Below are positions 1 through 14,011 of a stretch of DNA of 64,000 bases, piece by piece. The notes beneath the pieces were generated by a model. The model had not been told where the DNA came from, ran no database searches, and saw nothing but the letters and a program-made list of their open reading frames with translations. Source of the stretch: Lama guanicoe (Eukaryota); NCBI GenBank assembly GCA_013239625.1, contig MU054187.1, positions 8,280,358-8,344,357 on the forward strand. Direction: 5' to 3'. The stretch's first letter is position 1. Each line of letters opens with the position of its first letter. The translations under genes and the position numbers were made by a program.

Positions 1-3000
1 CGTTCTGTGCCATTGCCTTCCTCAGGAAAGCAGATCGGTTGCCCTGCAGACTCAGCATACTATCCCAAATTGTGAACATGTTGCGTCAGTGTATTTTTAC
101 CACTTACTACTCACAGAGACCTAGCTGATCTGACACAGCCCGAGAAGCTCAGCCGGGTATTTCTAAGGGGTCTCTGTAACCTCGCTCACTCACTGCTTCT
201 GCTGCAGGTAAAAGAAACATCATGCCTAGAAAGCTTACAGACAGGCTCACCAAAACGCAGTGATCACGGGAGCCCAGAGACTTGGAGCGGTCACTGGTGC
301 CGGCCTCAGGCAGGTCCCAGGCTGATGGATGGTGGACGCGTCACGAACCAGCACAGCTGCACGTCAGACCGAGGTCTGTTTTGTTCACACATGTGTCTCT
401 ATTCCTTAGCTCTACCTTTTTAGTGCAGATGCTCAAAAGAGGTTTGCCAGAGGACAGACTCATAGCTGGAGCTTGGGGAGACAGCCTGCCTCACTGCAAC
501 GCAACAACAAGATGTTCATCTTCATTCATAGTTTGAGAAATGCCACTTTTTCAGTCCTGAGAGTCAGTGGACTTAAATAGCAAAGTGACTTGAAGAAGCA
601 GTTGGTACCTCCCAGAGGCACTTCCAGAGTTGGGGTTCCTCTGCTTTTAGCAAGATGTCACTAACCACTCTTCCAACTAAGTGGGGTCTCAGCTGGTTCA
701 GCTCAGCTGCTCCAGATCCAATGGAAAAAGCTTCTGCTCTTTCCAGCTCTCACCCTGACTCCAGCAGGGATCCAGGGTCCACCCACCTCTCCTTGGGCTT
801 AGGACAGTCAGCCAAACGATGTCTCCTGCTAAGACCCTGGGTGTGGATGAGCTGAACTCCTTCCTCAGTGAACCCTGAGGGAAGGGACACCAGCAAAGTC
901 CCTCATGCAGCCAGTGGGAACCCAGCTGAGACGTCTGCAAGTCTCTGCACTTTCCTGTCACTTGAAGAAGCTTCACTGAGACTCTGGTCTGTTCTACGCA
1001 GCTGCACCTTGCACCCCTCGTCTGGGACCCAGTGGTGCCAGGACCACAGACCCTCAGGCTTCTCGCTAGCGTCCCCATCTCCCAAGTCCAGCAATAGCTC
1101 TCTAGTCTGGGGGGCGGGGGTAAAGCCTAGCCCTCCTCCCTGCCCCCTTAAGATGCTGCATTTCTAGCGCTTAATTCTCCATTTCTCTCAGTCATCCGCT
1201 CCCCAGCACATACCACGCCTTCATTCTCTCCCAAGAGACTTTGATGGACTTTTCATCTAAAGCCCACAAATCAACCTAAAACTAATTCTCTTTTCCTCAA
1301 AGGCAGGGAGAATTTAAACTTCAGTTCTCTCCAGTGCACCACAAAAGGAAGGGGAATTTTTTCATATGAAAATAAGTCTGAACATGCACATCTGGCTGCA
1401 TGCTTAGAAACTGGCCCTCCGTTTTTCTTCCAGGAAGTATGATTCCTGCTCCTTGCCGAGGCGAGCTAGGGCTACAACGCCTGCTTGGGGCTTTGAACAG
1501 AGGCTACCACTGCCTTGGAAAACATACAGTTTGATGGACCAGAAACTAGTCTAAACAGCTCATAGTAGTGCCAGTTTTATCGTGGGCCCTTCTTTTTGAA
1601 AATTTTACCAAGAAAAAAAATCAGAAGCTGTGATCTTACTGACTGTGCCTGAATCTGATGAGCTGTCCTTTGCCTTTTACTCTGAGTCACAAATGTGGTG
1701 TGACTTCGGAGTAGTCCGGGTTCTTTGCAGCTGCTTTTCCACTTGTAAAGTGAAGAACTGACCCCAATGATTTAAAAGTTCTTTTCCTTCCCTAAAATGA
1801 TCTAATCTACACTTCACCAAAAAAGCTTGTGCCAGTGTTCTGGAATGTTCACCACATGCCCACCCAAAAGACAGCCTCTTCATCCACACACACACACGCA
1901 CACAGCTACTGACAAAAAAGTAAAATAGAGGCTATGCTTGATCTTCATAATTGCCCTATTTTTCTAACAGTTTGATTTATTTTTAGAAAACTGTCAACTT
2001 TTCAGAACCCAAAGAATGATATCATACCCTTATAAGAGATAAAGGCTATTGGAAAGAAACTTGCCAAAAGTTAGACAAAAATCACTCCTGATGGAAGAGA
2101 CTGTGTTACAAGCAGGAATCAGGGTCAGTGCCTCAGTAACACCTGGCAAATCAGACCTGCCCTTTAGTTTGACTAATTTCACAGGACTCTCACGGCTGAC
2201 ACGTTTCATAATTTGCCTCTAACTTCTCCCATGACCCTGCTAATCCCAAACACATACTTCTTCCAAGGATCATACCTTTAGAAGCTCCAAAACGCTTTCG
2301 TAACGGCCCTTCTCAACGGAGTGAACGTTTTTACAGAATACCTAAACTTAATCATCTCCACACTTGGTTGATTTTCTTGAAACACAATAAGATGTCATTA
2401 TTTAAATGACTGCTTAAACACCAGGATCAGAAGAAAGCTTCACGGGGCACTCTTTCCGAATGTTGAGTTCTTAAATGATTCCAACTCAGCTTCACTCACA
2501 CCCGCGATAATTAACACCACCGAAGAGAACATATTTTAGAGAACAAGATGTTAAATTCATGTTCTGAAGAATTTATCAAATAAAATCTGGGCTGCTTTCT
2601 CCCACGAAGTCCTCAGTGATTCACTGCAGACTCCTAATGCCCTCATCAGGAAACTTCTGTTTGAGGTGGGGATGAATCTGGGGACAAATTATGGTGACAT
2701 GTGGCATAATGTTGGGGAAAATGTAGAAAACACAACCTGATTGCTTCATTCTAAAGGCCTAATGAATGTCAGGAAAGTGCTTCAAATCATAACTTGCGTT
2801 TTTCTCTGAAAGTATAGGGAGATGAATAACCCTCTCCTCAATAATATGTACACTTGGGCTCCCTTTCAAATCTAGATAGAAGCTACACTGCAAGTACTCA
2901 ATATACGTGCACATATATTTGTAAACTTTGGTTGGGAAAAGGCATTGATGGAATGTTAGCTACCACGTGGAGAATGGAGCATATTTAGGCAAGAGTGGAT

Positions 3001-3029
3001 GACAGTGATGAGTGAGCCATTGAAAAAGT

Positions 3030-3255
3030 AGTTTACTGAGAACATCTTACATGCTTCTCAATATTCCAAGTGCCTTATAAACAGCATTTTGTTGTCTCCC
3101 TTAATACCTCTTTAAACAGGTACAGTTACCGGCAATACCTCCCCATCACGATGATGAAACCGAGGCAAACGGAGACCAAGTAACTTCCCCAAGGCCACAG
3201 TTACAAGACGCAGATCCAGGATCCCAGCCTAGGCATTCTGACCCCAGCCCATGCT
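3030..3255 (-). mobile_element. MIR SINE, diverged
   Basis: Reverse-strand MIR core: gatgatgaaaccgaggc...aagtaacttccccaaggccacag...gatccaggatcccagcctagg. Confidence 0.8.
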
Positions 3256-3394
3256 GGGCCTCTGTGCTGTCCCATAGTTCTGCATGAGAGAGGCGGTGGT
3301 CACTTGGGCCAGCGGGTGGCAAAGGAGATGGAGAGAAGCCAATAAACTGGAGCTGCATTTGCGTTTACATTCATTTACCAGAGTGGAAAGTGGG

Positions 3395-3770
3395 AAAGAA
3401 TGCCAATGTCCAACATTAGGGTGTTGACAATACATTTTAGCATAGTTATGTAAAGGAACACCATGTAGCTGTTCAAAATCACCTTTTCTCAGTATATTTA
3501 ATAACGAGCAAGAAAGGTACATTTATGCTTGATGGAGAACATCACACTAAGTGAAAAACATAAGCATATAAAATACCTATTTTGGATGATTCCATTTTTG
3601 ATAAATGTGTGTAAGTGTGTGCATGTGTGTTCAACACTAAGAAGTCTAGAAAGTCATGCAAAATGGGCAGGGAGTTGGGACTATGCATAATTTATATTTT
3701 CTGTTTTGCACCATTTTTTCTAGTTATTACTGCAAGAGCATGCATTGTTTCTATAATGGAAGCAAAACTG
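3395..3770 (+). mobile_element. Old L1M (L1ME-like) 3' fragment
   Basis: aatgtccaacattaggg...ctaagtgaaaaa...atgattccattttt...gcatgcattgtttctataat resembles a decayed L1M 3' end. Confidence 0.5.
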
Positions 3771-5049
3771 TTTGGGGGAATGAAAGGATAACCAAACCAC
3801 AGTTCAAGCCTGAGGACTAGAAAGACCCGTGGAGATTCAAGACATGGAGCAACAGGGATGATGGCAAGAAGGTGGGATTAGTTCCAGGTCACAGCCACAA
3901 GCACCTAAGCAAGCCCCCCAGGCTTGGTCAGCACTGGCTCAGGCATCAGGAGAAGCTGGGCTTGCAGAGAGATGGTCTACAGCATCTGCACCCAGAGAAC
4001 ACTGGAAAGCCACACACCAAGAGGACCAGAGAGGATTAAAATAATTCATCCAGAGCCTCACATACAACCTAGCTGTCTGTGCACTGAAAATGGGGGCTGG
4101 AGAAGACAGAGAGAGGAAGTGTGGAGGATGGGACAGAAAGGGAGCTAGAGCAGAGCAGGTGGAATTTTCTGCAATGTATTCATCCCCCAGGATGACGAGG
4201 GAGTCTTGGTGTAATTTGCACAAAGGTGCTCTATGTGCTAGCTGCAGTCAGGATTAGCAAGGTGAGCTAGATGAGGCCAAACATGGAGGCGCTCTGGAAT
4301 CCAAGTCATCACAGGTAAAGACTCACAGTTGGGAGAAACTACCAGATGAGGGGATCTTGACCAATGGACAGGATTTGTATTGGACAACTGGACAGACAGA
4401 TGAGGAAGCAATCTTGTACTGGGGTAGAGAGAATTTCAGACATCGAAGTTCAAGGTGAATTCATTAATTGGATTTTAAAACCTATTGGAATAGCCATCTT
4501 TTCAGTTTGAGAAACCCTGGGCTTTTGCCTTCAAGGCATCCACAAACCAGCACAAGGAAGATTACATTAAAAAGATGGCTGTATCTGGATGCTCCCTCCT
4601 GCAAAGGCCTCCTTTCTCTTGCTTCCTCCCAAACTATCAGTCCCCTGGCTCTCCACTGACATTTTGGAACCAGCATCCCAGTTCAGACTCTCTCCCTGAG
4701 GGCAGAATTAGAACTCCAGTGAGACCCACATGCTACATAAGGGATCACACTCCTCAACTCCAGCTACGCTGAGACCTACCACTATCCAGCCCATTCTGTC
4801 CAGGGAGCCAGACAGATCAAGCAGAACTCTTGTTCATCATTTCAAAGGTATTCTTCTGGGAATGTGTTCATTTTCCCTCATGTAGGCTTGAGCAAAGTTT
4901 ACTTTCTCTGGACAATTGCAATTTCTAGTTCATTTTCATGCTGTTAGTCTTCCACTTTTCTGCAGAGTTTATTGCCAAGCACGTTCCAATGATTTATTAG
5001 CTAGTCCTCCACTAAAGGCTAAAAAGTTGTTGTTTCCTCCGTGTTTCTG

Positions 5050-5150
5050 GATGATAAAAAACAGAGCTACAGATTAGTGAAGTGTCTTCTCTAAGGTCAT
5101 CCCACAAGTTTGAAGGACGGAGCTGTGGTTAGAACCCGTCCTCTCTGACT
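5050..5150 (-). mobile_element. MIR fragment
   Basis: gtgaagtgtcttctctaaggtcatc...ggagctgtggttagaacccg...tctgact matches the reverse MIR core. Confidence 0.6.
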
Positions 5151-5902
5151 TGCCCCGCCCCGAGAGGTCCACTGGGCCCCACTGCCTCTCTGCAGGACGA
5201 CATAACATGCCGTCAGGGGCAGATGTTGCCTGTCACCCTGACCATCCATCATGCCCATAAGAAGGCGCAATTACAAAGGGAGATTTTAAAAAATAGCTCT
5301 TATCCAGGTGGCTCAAATCACCTCACTGAAACAAAGGCTTAGGAATCAATGTCTGAAGAGTGGTCGCATTTTAATCCTCCCCTAGCTTCTCTCTGCTGGC
5401 CACCCGGCACGACTCAGAGTCACCTTCCCCTGACACTAGTGACAGGTACTCAGAAAATGAAAAATAAGATCTTTTTAGTATTTGTCTAAGCAATTAGAGA
5501 AGGAAAACGTGGAAAGGAGGCAAAGCCATCTGCTGAATCATAAGAGCAAGGACTAGGGTTTGGGGACTGTCCACTGCCCACAACCACTTCTCAGCTCTGC
5601 CCATTCCTACCTCTCCTTTTTCTCTGTTAAAGAGCCATTTATCATAGTGGGGTGGGGAATGACTTTAAATGTCACCAAGAAAAATAGGCCATGGAACGGA
5701 TCTAGAAGAGAACAGCTACCCCAAATGCTTTATTACAGCAGGGAGGAAACTGATAGAAAAGTTAGGTACACTCCCGGGGAATCTGTGGCTAGTTACTGGC
5801 AGCGTAACGTCTACAGGTCCTTCACACAGATCTATAGATCCATTGCCTCCTGGTCTAGCGTCTATTCCACCACACTCCCAGGACACAATTACATTCGGAA
5901 TA

Positions 5903-6010
5903 CTCAGTCATCTGCTCAATAAATTCTCAGTCAGGGCCTCCTATGTACCAAGAGTTTGGCAAACCACAGCCCCTGCCTTCAAAATATCCATCGTCTAAAA
6001 CAGAGACAGC
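5903..6010 (-). mobile_element. L2 3' end fragment
   Basis: ctcaataaatt...cctcctatgtacca...cccctgccttcaa...gtctaaaacagagacag resembles the reverse L2 tail. Confidence 0.5.
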
Positions 6011-6091
6011 CCATATATTATCTGATTAATAATCATAATAGATTTTAAAATGTCTCCATAGATAATAGGGAGGGAGGATAAAATCAGCTGA

Positions 6092-6163
6092 CTTTTCTTT
6101 TAATTTTTAAAAAATTTTCATTGAAGTATATTTGACTCGCAATATTTTATTAGTGTCAGGTGC
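6092..6163 (-). mobile_element. L1 extreme 3' tail
   Basis: T-rich tract then ttgaagtatatttgactcgcaatattttattagtgtcaggtg, the reverse complement of the L1 terminus cacctgaaactaa...tatacttcaa. Confidence 0.75.
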
Positions 6164-6214
6164 GAGATATCTTCTATTTCTAATTATTCAAAAATTAAGG
6201 AAAGTACCTACTGC

Positions 6215-6390
6215 AGGACCCACTGTGTAGCGCAGGGAGCTACATTCAGTATCTTGTAATAATCTCTAATGGAAAAGAATCTGAAAAAATACATAAACGT
6301 GTACATGTACAACTGAGTCACTTTGCTGTACACCTGAAACTAACACAACATTGTAAATCAACTATACTTCAGTAAAAAAGAAAAACAAAC
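6215..6390 (+). mobile_element. Cetartiodactyl-type L1 3' end, 5'-truncated
   Basis: ctgtgtagcgcagggagctacattcagtatcttgtaataa...gctgtacacctgaaactaacacaacattgtaaatcaactatacttcag followed by an A-rich tail. Confidence 0.9.
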
Positions 6391-6796
6391 TAAGAGAAAT
6401 GTCTTGTAAGAGACACAAAGGGAAAGGAATTTGGCATAGCTTAGAGAAATTTCCATTTTCCTATTTCCTCTGAATTTGTCACTAGCGCATCGCACCTAGA
6501 TGCTAAGAGCACTTCAGTCCTGAGACTGACTGTGAGCAGGGCAAGCAGTAAAATTTAGACACACAGTAGGGCTGTTATGTAGAAACGTGTTGTTTCAACA
6601 TGATGTCATTCGTGGCTGAAAAAACTGATTACTTTCAAATGCTTGAGTCGCTGAAGTGTTCTTGAGTTGCTGAAACAGGAAACATACTCAGTTTCTTCCG
6701 TCTACATTCTGATATGACAGTTATAGGGTTTGGAGGGATGTAGTGCTGGAGGGAGCACAGAACGTAAAAGCTGTTCAGTTAAACAGGCAGGGTCGG

Positions 6797-6840
6797 GTGT
6801 GTGTGTGTATGTGTGTGTTTGTGTGTGTGTGAATTGTGTG
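6797..6840. repeat. Imperfect (TG)n microsatellite
   Basis: gtgtgtgtgtgtatgtgtgtgtttgtgtgtgtgtg seen directly. Confidence 0.9.
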
Positions 6841-8195
6841 CAGAAAGCAGATTCTAACCCTTGGCTCTTGTTCCCGTGGAGTTCCTCCACGGTAAAGTCC
6901 AAGGAGAGCTAAGCTGCAATTGTGAGCTCCAGCAGAGTCCGAGAAGTAAACACGCTGCGAGGCCTTCCCATATCTGAACCACCTAGAGGAAACCAGGATC
7001 GAGACCACGACCATGAAGCCTTTCATTGCAACCTCCTAAGAGGACAGGTGGAGAAGGCACCACCTTTCCAAGGAGAGGCGAAGGGCACAGAAAGGACAGA
7101 AAGCATATGGACGGGGAGAAGACCAATGAAGTAACTTGTAAAGGCTGCTAGAAAAGTACTGACAAAGTATCACGTCAAACCTCACTATAAAAATCGCATC
7201 ACCATGGTGCTGGACAGAAGGCTGCAGTAGGGCAGTCGCGCTAAGCAGCTAGTTTCCTAGAAATAACACTCCAGTGGACAACCTGGAAGAAGCGGGTCTC
7301 ATGACAACTGTAAACATGGCTAAGTGTCTTTCCACCAAACTATGAAAGGACTTACAGGCTAAGTGAGTGGTTACACAAGGAGCAGCGATGTTTAAAGTAG
7401 GTAAACATAAAATAAGCTATTTAGAGGAAAGCAACGGAAATGTGAAATCTGTAGAGACTGAGTGAAGCAGTCCAGCCGCCCCAAGGACAAAACCCACTGT
7501 ACTTTCCAATCTCATGTCATAATATTGGCTTATTTTGGGGGCTTATTTTTTCTACAATGAGTATAGATTTTGTACAATAAAATCTATTTCATTTTAATGA
7601 AAGGAGAGACAGATGAAAATCCTAACATGGCAGAATGAGTAATTTAATGCAGAAAGAAGAAAGGTTGGTTTTGTCACAGAAGCTTACAGATACGTGGCAC
7701 ATGCCCACAGAAAGAGGAATAGTTTTTTGACTTCGGTTACCAAATAAGCCAGTAAAAGCCTCGTTCTCCTTTCCGGCCCCTTCCTTCTCCCGACCTCCCG
7801 CCTCCCCTATCCATGCAGGGGCTGCTTGGGCAGGTTCTATGAGCAAATGAAGAAAATAAACACTGGTTCCAACATGGTCCCCAAGGCCGTGTCATTTTAT
7901 TATGAAAGCTGACCTTGCGAGACCCCTGAGCACAGTCAGGAAGGGCCACGCTGAAAGGGTGTCCACTTTGACATCGCTGGAAGCATTTCTTGGATAACAT
8001 GTTTCACTGACATACAGAAACCACCAACGGCTTGCAGGGGCTCAGGCTTTTTCAGGTGGGCAGAGGTGAGAGCCGGCTCGTGCTTTAGAGGAGAGTCCAC
8101 GCAGAGAGCTGCACTTCCCACGCAGCCGTGGCAGCCCTCATTTCCTCCATTTCCACTCCTGAAAGCAGCCTTCAGCTCGCCTGTGATTTCACCGC

Positions 8196-8224
<29 letters not shown>
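8196..8224. repeat. (TG)14 microsatellite
   Basis: Perfect dinucleotide run. Confidence 0.97.
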
Positions 8225-8226
<2 letters not shown>

Positions 8227-8647
8227 AGGCAGAGAGAATAAAGACCATGATGTAGCGTTTCCCTCTTCAGAAGGCAGGAAAACTCTTGGAAAGACACGAG
8301 TGGCATCAGATAAGAACATTGTCTGCAGCCCTTCGAGAACCCACAAAGTTGTTTCTGACCCAGATGAGGTACCACCGATAATACCGATGACAATACACTA
8401 ATCTTTTATCACGTACTGCAGAAACATTGTCTATTTCTCCAAAAAGTTAATTCAGAAACAGCTTTCCCATGTCTTAAAAACACTGATTTTGTTTTTGGGG
8501 GGTTATATTTTTCACCCCTTCTGGCGCATCTGTCTTGAAAAATGGTCTATTAACATCAGGATACAGTGAAAAGGACAGGAACTTTGGCAATAAAAAAGCT
8601 AAGTGATGACTTAACAGCCACTGAATTCTGGAGGACTTTCGTAACAT

Positions 8648-8750
8648 CTGTGCCCTCAGTTTCCTCATCAGTAAATGATGGTAAATAAGAACTGCCGCCC
8701 AGGGTTGGAGGGAAGATTAAACGAGACCATGAATACAGCGTCTCGCGCCA
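8648..8750 (+). mobile_element. MIR fragment
   Basis: tctgtgccctcagtttcctcatcagtaaatg...agggttggagggaagattaaacgaga, MIR core. Confidence 0.8.
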
Positions 8751-11314
8751 TATCAAGGGCATGAAAGTTACTCAGCAAGAGGGCCCCGATCCTGTGACCT
8801 CGGTGCCACGTTTGCGACTGCAAAGAAAGTAGGAGGTGCCCCCAAGCTCCCCCGCTGATAGGTATTCAAATCTTTATGGAAACTGCAGTGTCATCTCCAG
8901 GAGGCTTGTAATAAATTGCAGCACAGAAGAGAGAAATGAAAGCTCTAATTAATTAAAAGCGTCAGATGCGAGTTAAAATTCCTGTCGGACGTTGAAACAG
9001 CGAGCAGCAGGATTTGCAAAAGAGAGTGGTGCGCGGACCCCACTGGCCACGGCACAGCCCTGTTAAAAGCTGTCCTCGTCGGCGAGTCCGTCGGGGAGTG
9101 GTCCCGTCTTCGCTGTTTCCTTCAGCCTCATCACTCCCCTCACCAAGCCAACAAAACCAAAATGACTCAGCTGTTGCCTTTGTGTTTTTTATGCTCCGAC
9201 TTGTGTTGCTGCCTGACCTAAAGACAATTTTTTCTAACAAAGTTATAGATCATTAAGCTGAAAAAAAAAAGTTTGCCTGTTACTGCTGTTTTGCCATCTT
9301 GCCCCATCTTGTCTCATTAGCAGGAACTGATTGAGCATGAAGGTGTTCTCTGGCTGTCAGTAGATAAAGTAGGTGCTCTTAGCTTTCATCTGTTCTGAAT
9401 TCTCCTTGTCTCATTATCTTCCCAAGGTCAGATTCTCTGACACGGCGGCTGCTTGCTTAGCACTTCAGCCCGGCAATTACTCGCCAGGCAGCCTTAGCCA
9501 GGATAAGATTTCTGGTCTGTGGCATCAAGGCAGGCATGGGCACCAGAACCCCCATGACTGGACCCCAGCCCACTTTTCCCCACCCCTTCTCCACCACCGT
9601 GGTGTCAAAGATCAGCGTGGCTGGTTCAGGGTTGCACCCAGCACCTCCAAGGCGCCGTCCCACTGCAATATTGTAATTAAGCTGCAGTCTCATGCAGGCA
9701 ATAGAGTGATGCGCAGCCTTATCTGCGTATGACAACAAGTTGTTGTGTCACAGACCTCACACTCTGGGCCCCATCCTTAAACCTCCTTGCTCTGCTTCAG
9801 TGAAAGGCACAGAACCGCAAAGCTATGCAATCTTGGTTCTTAAATCCATCATCCTTACTCCGTTAATAATTCCTGCTGGACTCCCTGCTCCTCTGAGAGA
9901 CAGCCTTGAGCAGCTGAGCAAGGAGAGATTGTTCCAGGTTTCAGCCCCAAGAGTGCAGTTCCAACCAGAGCACTTTGTGAAGGTGAATTTGGCCACAGTG
10001 GCTTGTCTGACTTGAGTTCCTTCTTGCCTATTGATTTTCTTTGTAAAGACTCTGTGTAGGGAAAAGAAGGAAATAGATTCTTCATATGGTTCATTTAAAG
10101 GTGGGCCTGGTTAGCTGTCACATTTTCTTCTGAAAATTTGGAGAAGAATATTGGCCATTTGGATTGTATAAGGAGATACACGCACCTGCGAGGCAGCACT
10201 TTGCTACAAGAGTTGGGTTTCTCCTCAGATGAGACGCAAATCCCCTGGAAGTACCCACATTCCTTTCCAGATCGAAAAAGGCAGTGCACAAGTGCCGCCC
10301 CCTCTTTGTGAGGGAGGAGTGACCGAGTCATCCAAGAGGCTTCCAGAGAGCCAGGCAGCCGGGCAACCAGGTGCGAGCCTTCACGGGTCAAGCAATCGGC
10401 TCACTGGGAAAAATCCAGCCGTCTGCCCTCTTGCTAACACAACCCACTGACCCTTACTTCCTAGACTTAACATGTGCAGCAAGAATGGTCCTTGGCCCAA
10501 GGATGGATACACGGCCACTATACCTCCTGCACTCTCCAAACTCGTGAATTTCAGGCCACTCTGCTCACGATGGAGCTGTTTCCTACAGTGGCATCTACTC
10601 TGTGCTTATGACAAAAAGAACCAAACCAAGGGAATTTGAAATAGTTTTTTCTACATCTTGCCCAGAAATATGTCCAAAAACCTTAGGTCAGAAAAATAAT
10701 GCTCAGCAACTCTCGCACAGTTAAGCACACATGGCAAATAAGCATGGTGAGTGAGCCAGTGGTTTGGATGTCTATCTGCATGGCAGTGGCGCAGGTCATA
10801 GTCTCATGGTTTTCTAAAATTCTCTAAGGTTGTAAAAAATCAGCTTTATTTTCCAGCCAGTGTCTTTTGGGTCTTCAACATTTGCATCTGTAAAAAATGT
10901 GAAGGCCACTGTTTGAGACACTATCCAACAAACCCAGCAATATAACTTTAGGACTGAACCCTTTAATAGGTACTCTCTTCCTCCACATCAGAATTCTGTT
11001 TGTTGAATTTGTGCATTCCTTTCTGCCTGGTTCCTACAGCCTTTGGCTTCTTAAGGAATCATGAAGGAAGCTATGTAAAGTATAAGGCAAGCCCCCATGT
11101 TCTGTGTCTAGAAAGGAGAGGCTTTAGCTGATGGGGGGAAATCACCCATTGCATCGTCAGGGTACTAAGAAGGGAATACATCCCTCTAAGCAAAAGCAAA
11201 AGTAAACGGTTTGGTCCCAGCCGGGTGGAGAATCTGAAATCCTCTTTTCTTCTTGTGTTATCTCAGGGGATGACTGGATTCTCAGGAGCCTGGTTTTATC
11301 CATTAAGATATATG

Positions 11315-11490
11315 ATAATAATAACATCTAACATTTAATGAGTGTTACTTCTATGCCAGGCACTACGTTGAGTACTTTAAAATCTTTAATCCTCCCAACA
11401 ATCCAATGGAGTAGGTGCTCTCATTACTCCCATTTTTTGGATTAAACAACTGAGGCTTTTCAACTTGCAACACATCACACAGATTCCAGG
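11315..11490 (-). mobile_element. MIR SINE
   Basis: ctaacatttaatgagtgttacttctatgccaggcact...tttaatcctcccaacaatcc...cccatttt...aactgaggct. Confidence 0.85.
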
Positions 11491-12989
11491 CGCTAAAGGC
11501 AAGCTTTAGGACGGTGCCTGGCACAGGAACAGATTTAGAAAGACCACAGCCTGCCAAGGCACCTACAGGGCCCTGTCAGTCCTCTGGCACTAGAAGCTAC
11601 TAAGACAGGAGCAGGAACCTTTTCGAGGATCACCCTCCTAATACTCGTAACATTTCTTCACATCCTTTGTGCACTGCTTTCCTTTTTTTCCCCCTTTGAA
11701 GACTTTGTCTGTCTTCAATCAGGTAAGAGAAGCCAAGGAAAGGATTTACAACATGTTAGTGCCAAGGGGGTTCAGTGAAGAGGTTCTTATGAGTGTGACC
11801 ACACTAACCATGCTAAACACCCCCACGGGAGGGTGCAACTGGGTGGCCTGAACAGCATCACGATTCATTTTATAGGCTTCATCTTATGTAAAGATTCTTT
11901 TTTCTAAAAACTCTTGTCTATGCTTTGTTTTAACAAAAGACTGGATTTGGTTTGGATTTTGTTTGTTTGCTTAACCAAGCTGGCGACGGAAACACGATGG
12001 CGACTTACGTGCCATGGACATCTTTCCGCTGTGGTTCCCACGCTTTCCGTTTGCCCTTTAAGGCACCATCTCATGATCTTGGAAACAAAGCCCAAAGAGA
12101 ATCTATTACCATAAAACATCACCCAGCAGTCTTATCCGATCACTTGACAGTATCACTTTAGTTAACGTTGAGTTAGTGTTTCTATTATAAACCCAATTTA
12201 CTGAAGGGGCCGGGGGAGAGGGCAGGAAGGAGAGACGGGCTCATATGTCAACCACGTGAAATGACACGAGGCTGAAAGCAGGCTGCCAACCAGCTCAGGA
12301 CTTTTAAGCCATGGCATCGAAGGGAGAGAGGATTCTATTTACGTTCGAGACCTATACTGTTCAAAATAGGGCAGCACAGACCTCATGCAGACAATGATGC
12401 ATCGTCCACGGGCCGGCCTGCCCAGCTGGTGGGCGGCACGAGGTACGTTTAACAAGCGGAGGGAAAACGAGGCAGAGCAAGATGTGATGGGAACATGTGT
12501 CAGGTCGGAAACAACTCAGCTCTAAGCCTGTTCTACCATTTCTCAACCACATCATGACAAGTCACTTCACAGTTTACATCAGGAGACAGCCGTTTCTCCA
12601 TCCTTAAAACAGAGCCAGCAATGCTCCTAACGTTGCCTGAGCAGGTTCCTGTAAGAAGCAAACACGGTCCGCCTGAAAGCGTACATGGAAGGCCAGGAAC
12701 CACAGACGCTCTCCCAGCCCTCACCCAGCGAACAGGGTTCCAGATTGTGCAAACGTGGGCTAGCACGCCAACGGGAAGACCAGAGAAACGCCTGCGTGGC
12801 CGGGCTCAGACCTGGCCACCCCAAGCCCTCAGCCCACAGCCCACGCTGAACCTCTCCTGGCTCCACTCTCGGCTTAGTAGCTGGAGAATTTCCCAGGCAG
12901 TGTCAGAAGAGGAGACCCCAGAACACTCAGAGCATCCTTCAGAGATGAGACTTCAAGGCTGCAAGGCGCCCCACATTTTTCTTTAAATG

Positions 12990-13230
12990 TGTGTGTCTGT
13001 ATATGATAAACTTGTCTCATATATAATCATATGTGTATAAAATCATATGCCATATTTATTATTTTATACATATATAATTTTTATATTTACCTCATATGTA
13101 TGATTTTTACATATTTTTTATGTCAACATTTACATGTGAGTTCATACATTTTGCACAATTTTATATAATTTACATGTAAACCGTATAGATAAATTTTGCC
13201 ATATATCTCTACACATGTACACATAGACTG
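12990..13230. repeat. AT-rich (TA/CATA) low-complexity tract
   Basis: Degenerate tatat/acatat runs. Confidence 0.7.
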
Positions 13231-14011
13231 TCCCTACCAGTTAATCAATAAGTTTAGGTTTGAGAAGAAAATATTTTCATAAAATATTTCTAGCTACTCC
13301 CTTAGGACTTCATCATTTAGCAATCTTTGAGAACCTCAAACATGATAGGTGGCAGATAAGAAGAAACGTTAATAAGCCTAAATAGAGAACAAAAGTCAAG
13401 AAAACTAAGGTACTGTTGCCACTGAGATCAGGAATTTTGACCAGTGCCTAACATAAAAATTCAGCAACCATCATTTCATTGTTTGAGGAATGATTCTGCC
13501 TTCAACTGCCTTTTCTGTGCAACTCTTGTGACTATTACCTCCACATGGCTCCTATATTAACTTACAGACATTATAAAGGTTGATTCATGGAATATACAAT
13601 AATAGGTTTGTGTCAGCCTGGAATTCCACCTGAGAGAGAAGATATATGCGATTTTCAGAGGAAAAGTAAGGACGTGGCAGAGGCAAGGAAAAACTCCAAG
13701 ACAGAATGAATTACGACTAGGAACATGTGGAGGAGAGTTTGAGGAATTAAGATAGTATAAAACGCCCCATGTAGGGAAATAGCACTGATGAAGGAAGAAG
13801 GACTCAGTCTTAGAAGGACAAGTCTCCCCCTTGGCTGATGGCAGCAGCAGTGACCCACAAGGAGTGCGGGCATCCCTGTTGGTATGTTTGTGGGATTCCC
13901 TTGCTTGGAGTTCATGTCGACCCTTCATTTGGAGTGGAAGGCAGGGTCCCAGGGACCCAAGGTCCTCAGTGAGAGAGACAGCACCTGTCCAGGTGGCCAT
14001 GAGTGGGGGCC

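Noticed and set aside
10757..10911. Possible MER5-like hAT element (cagtgg...ccactg)
   Set aside because: Only 6-bp inverted ends, no clear TSD, interior too diverged to support
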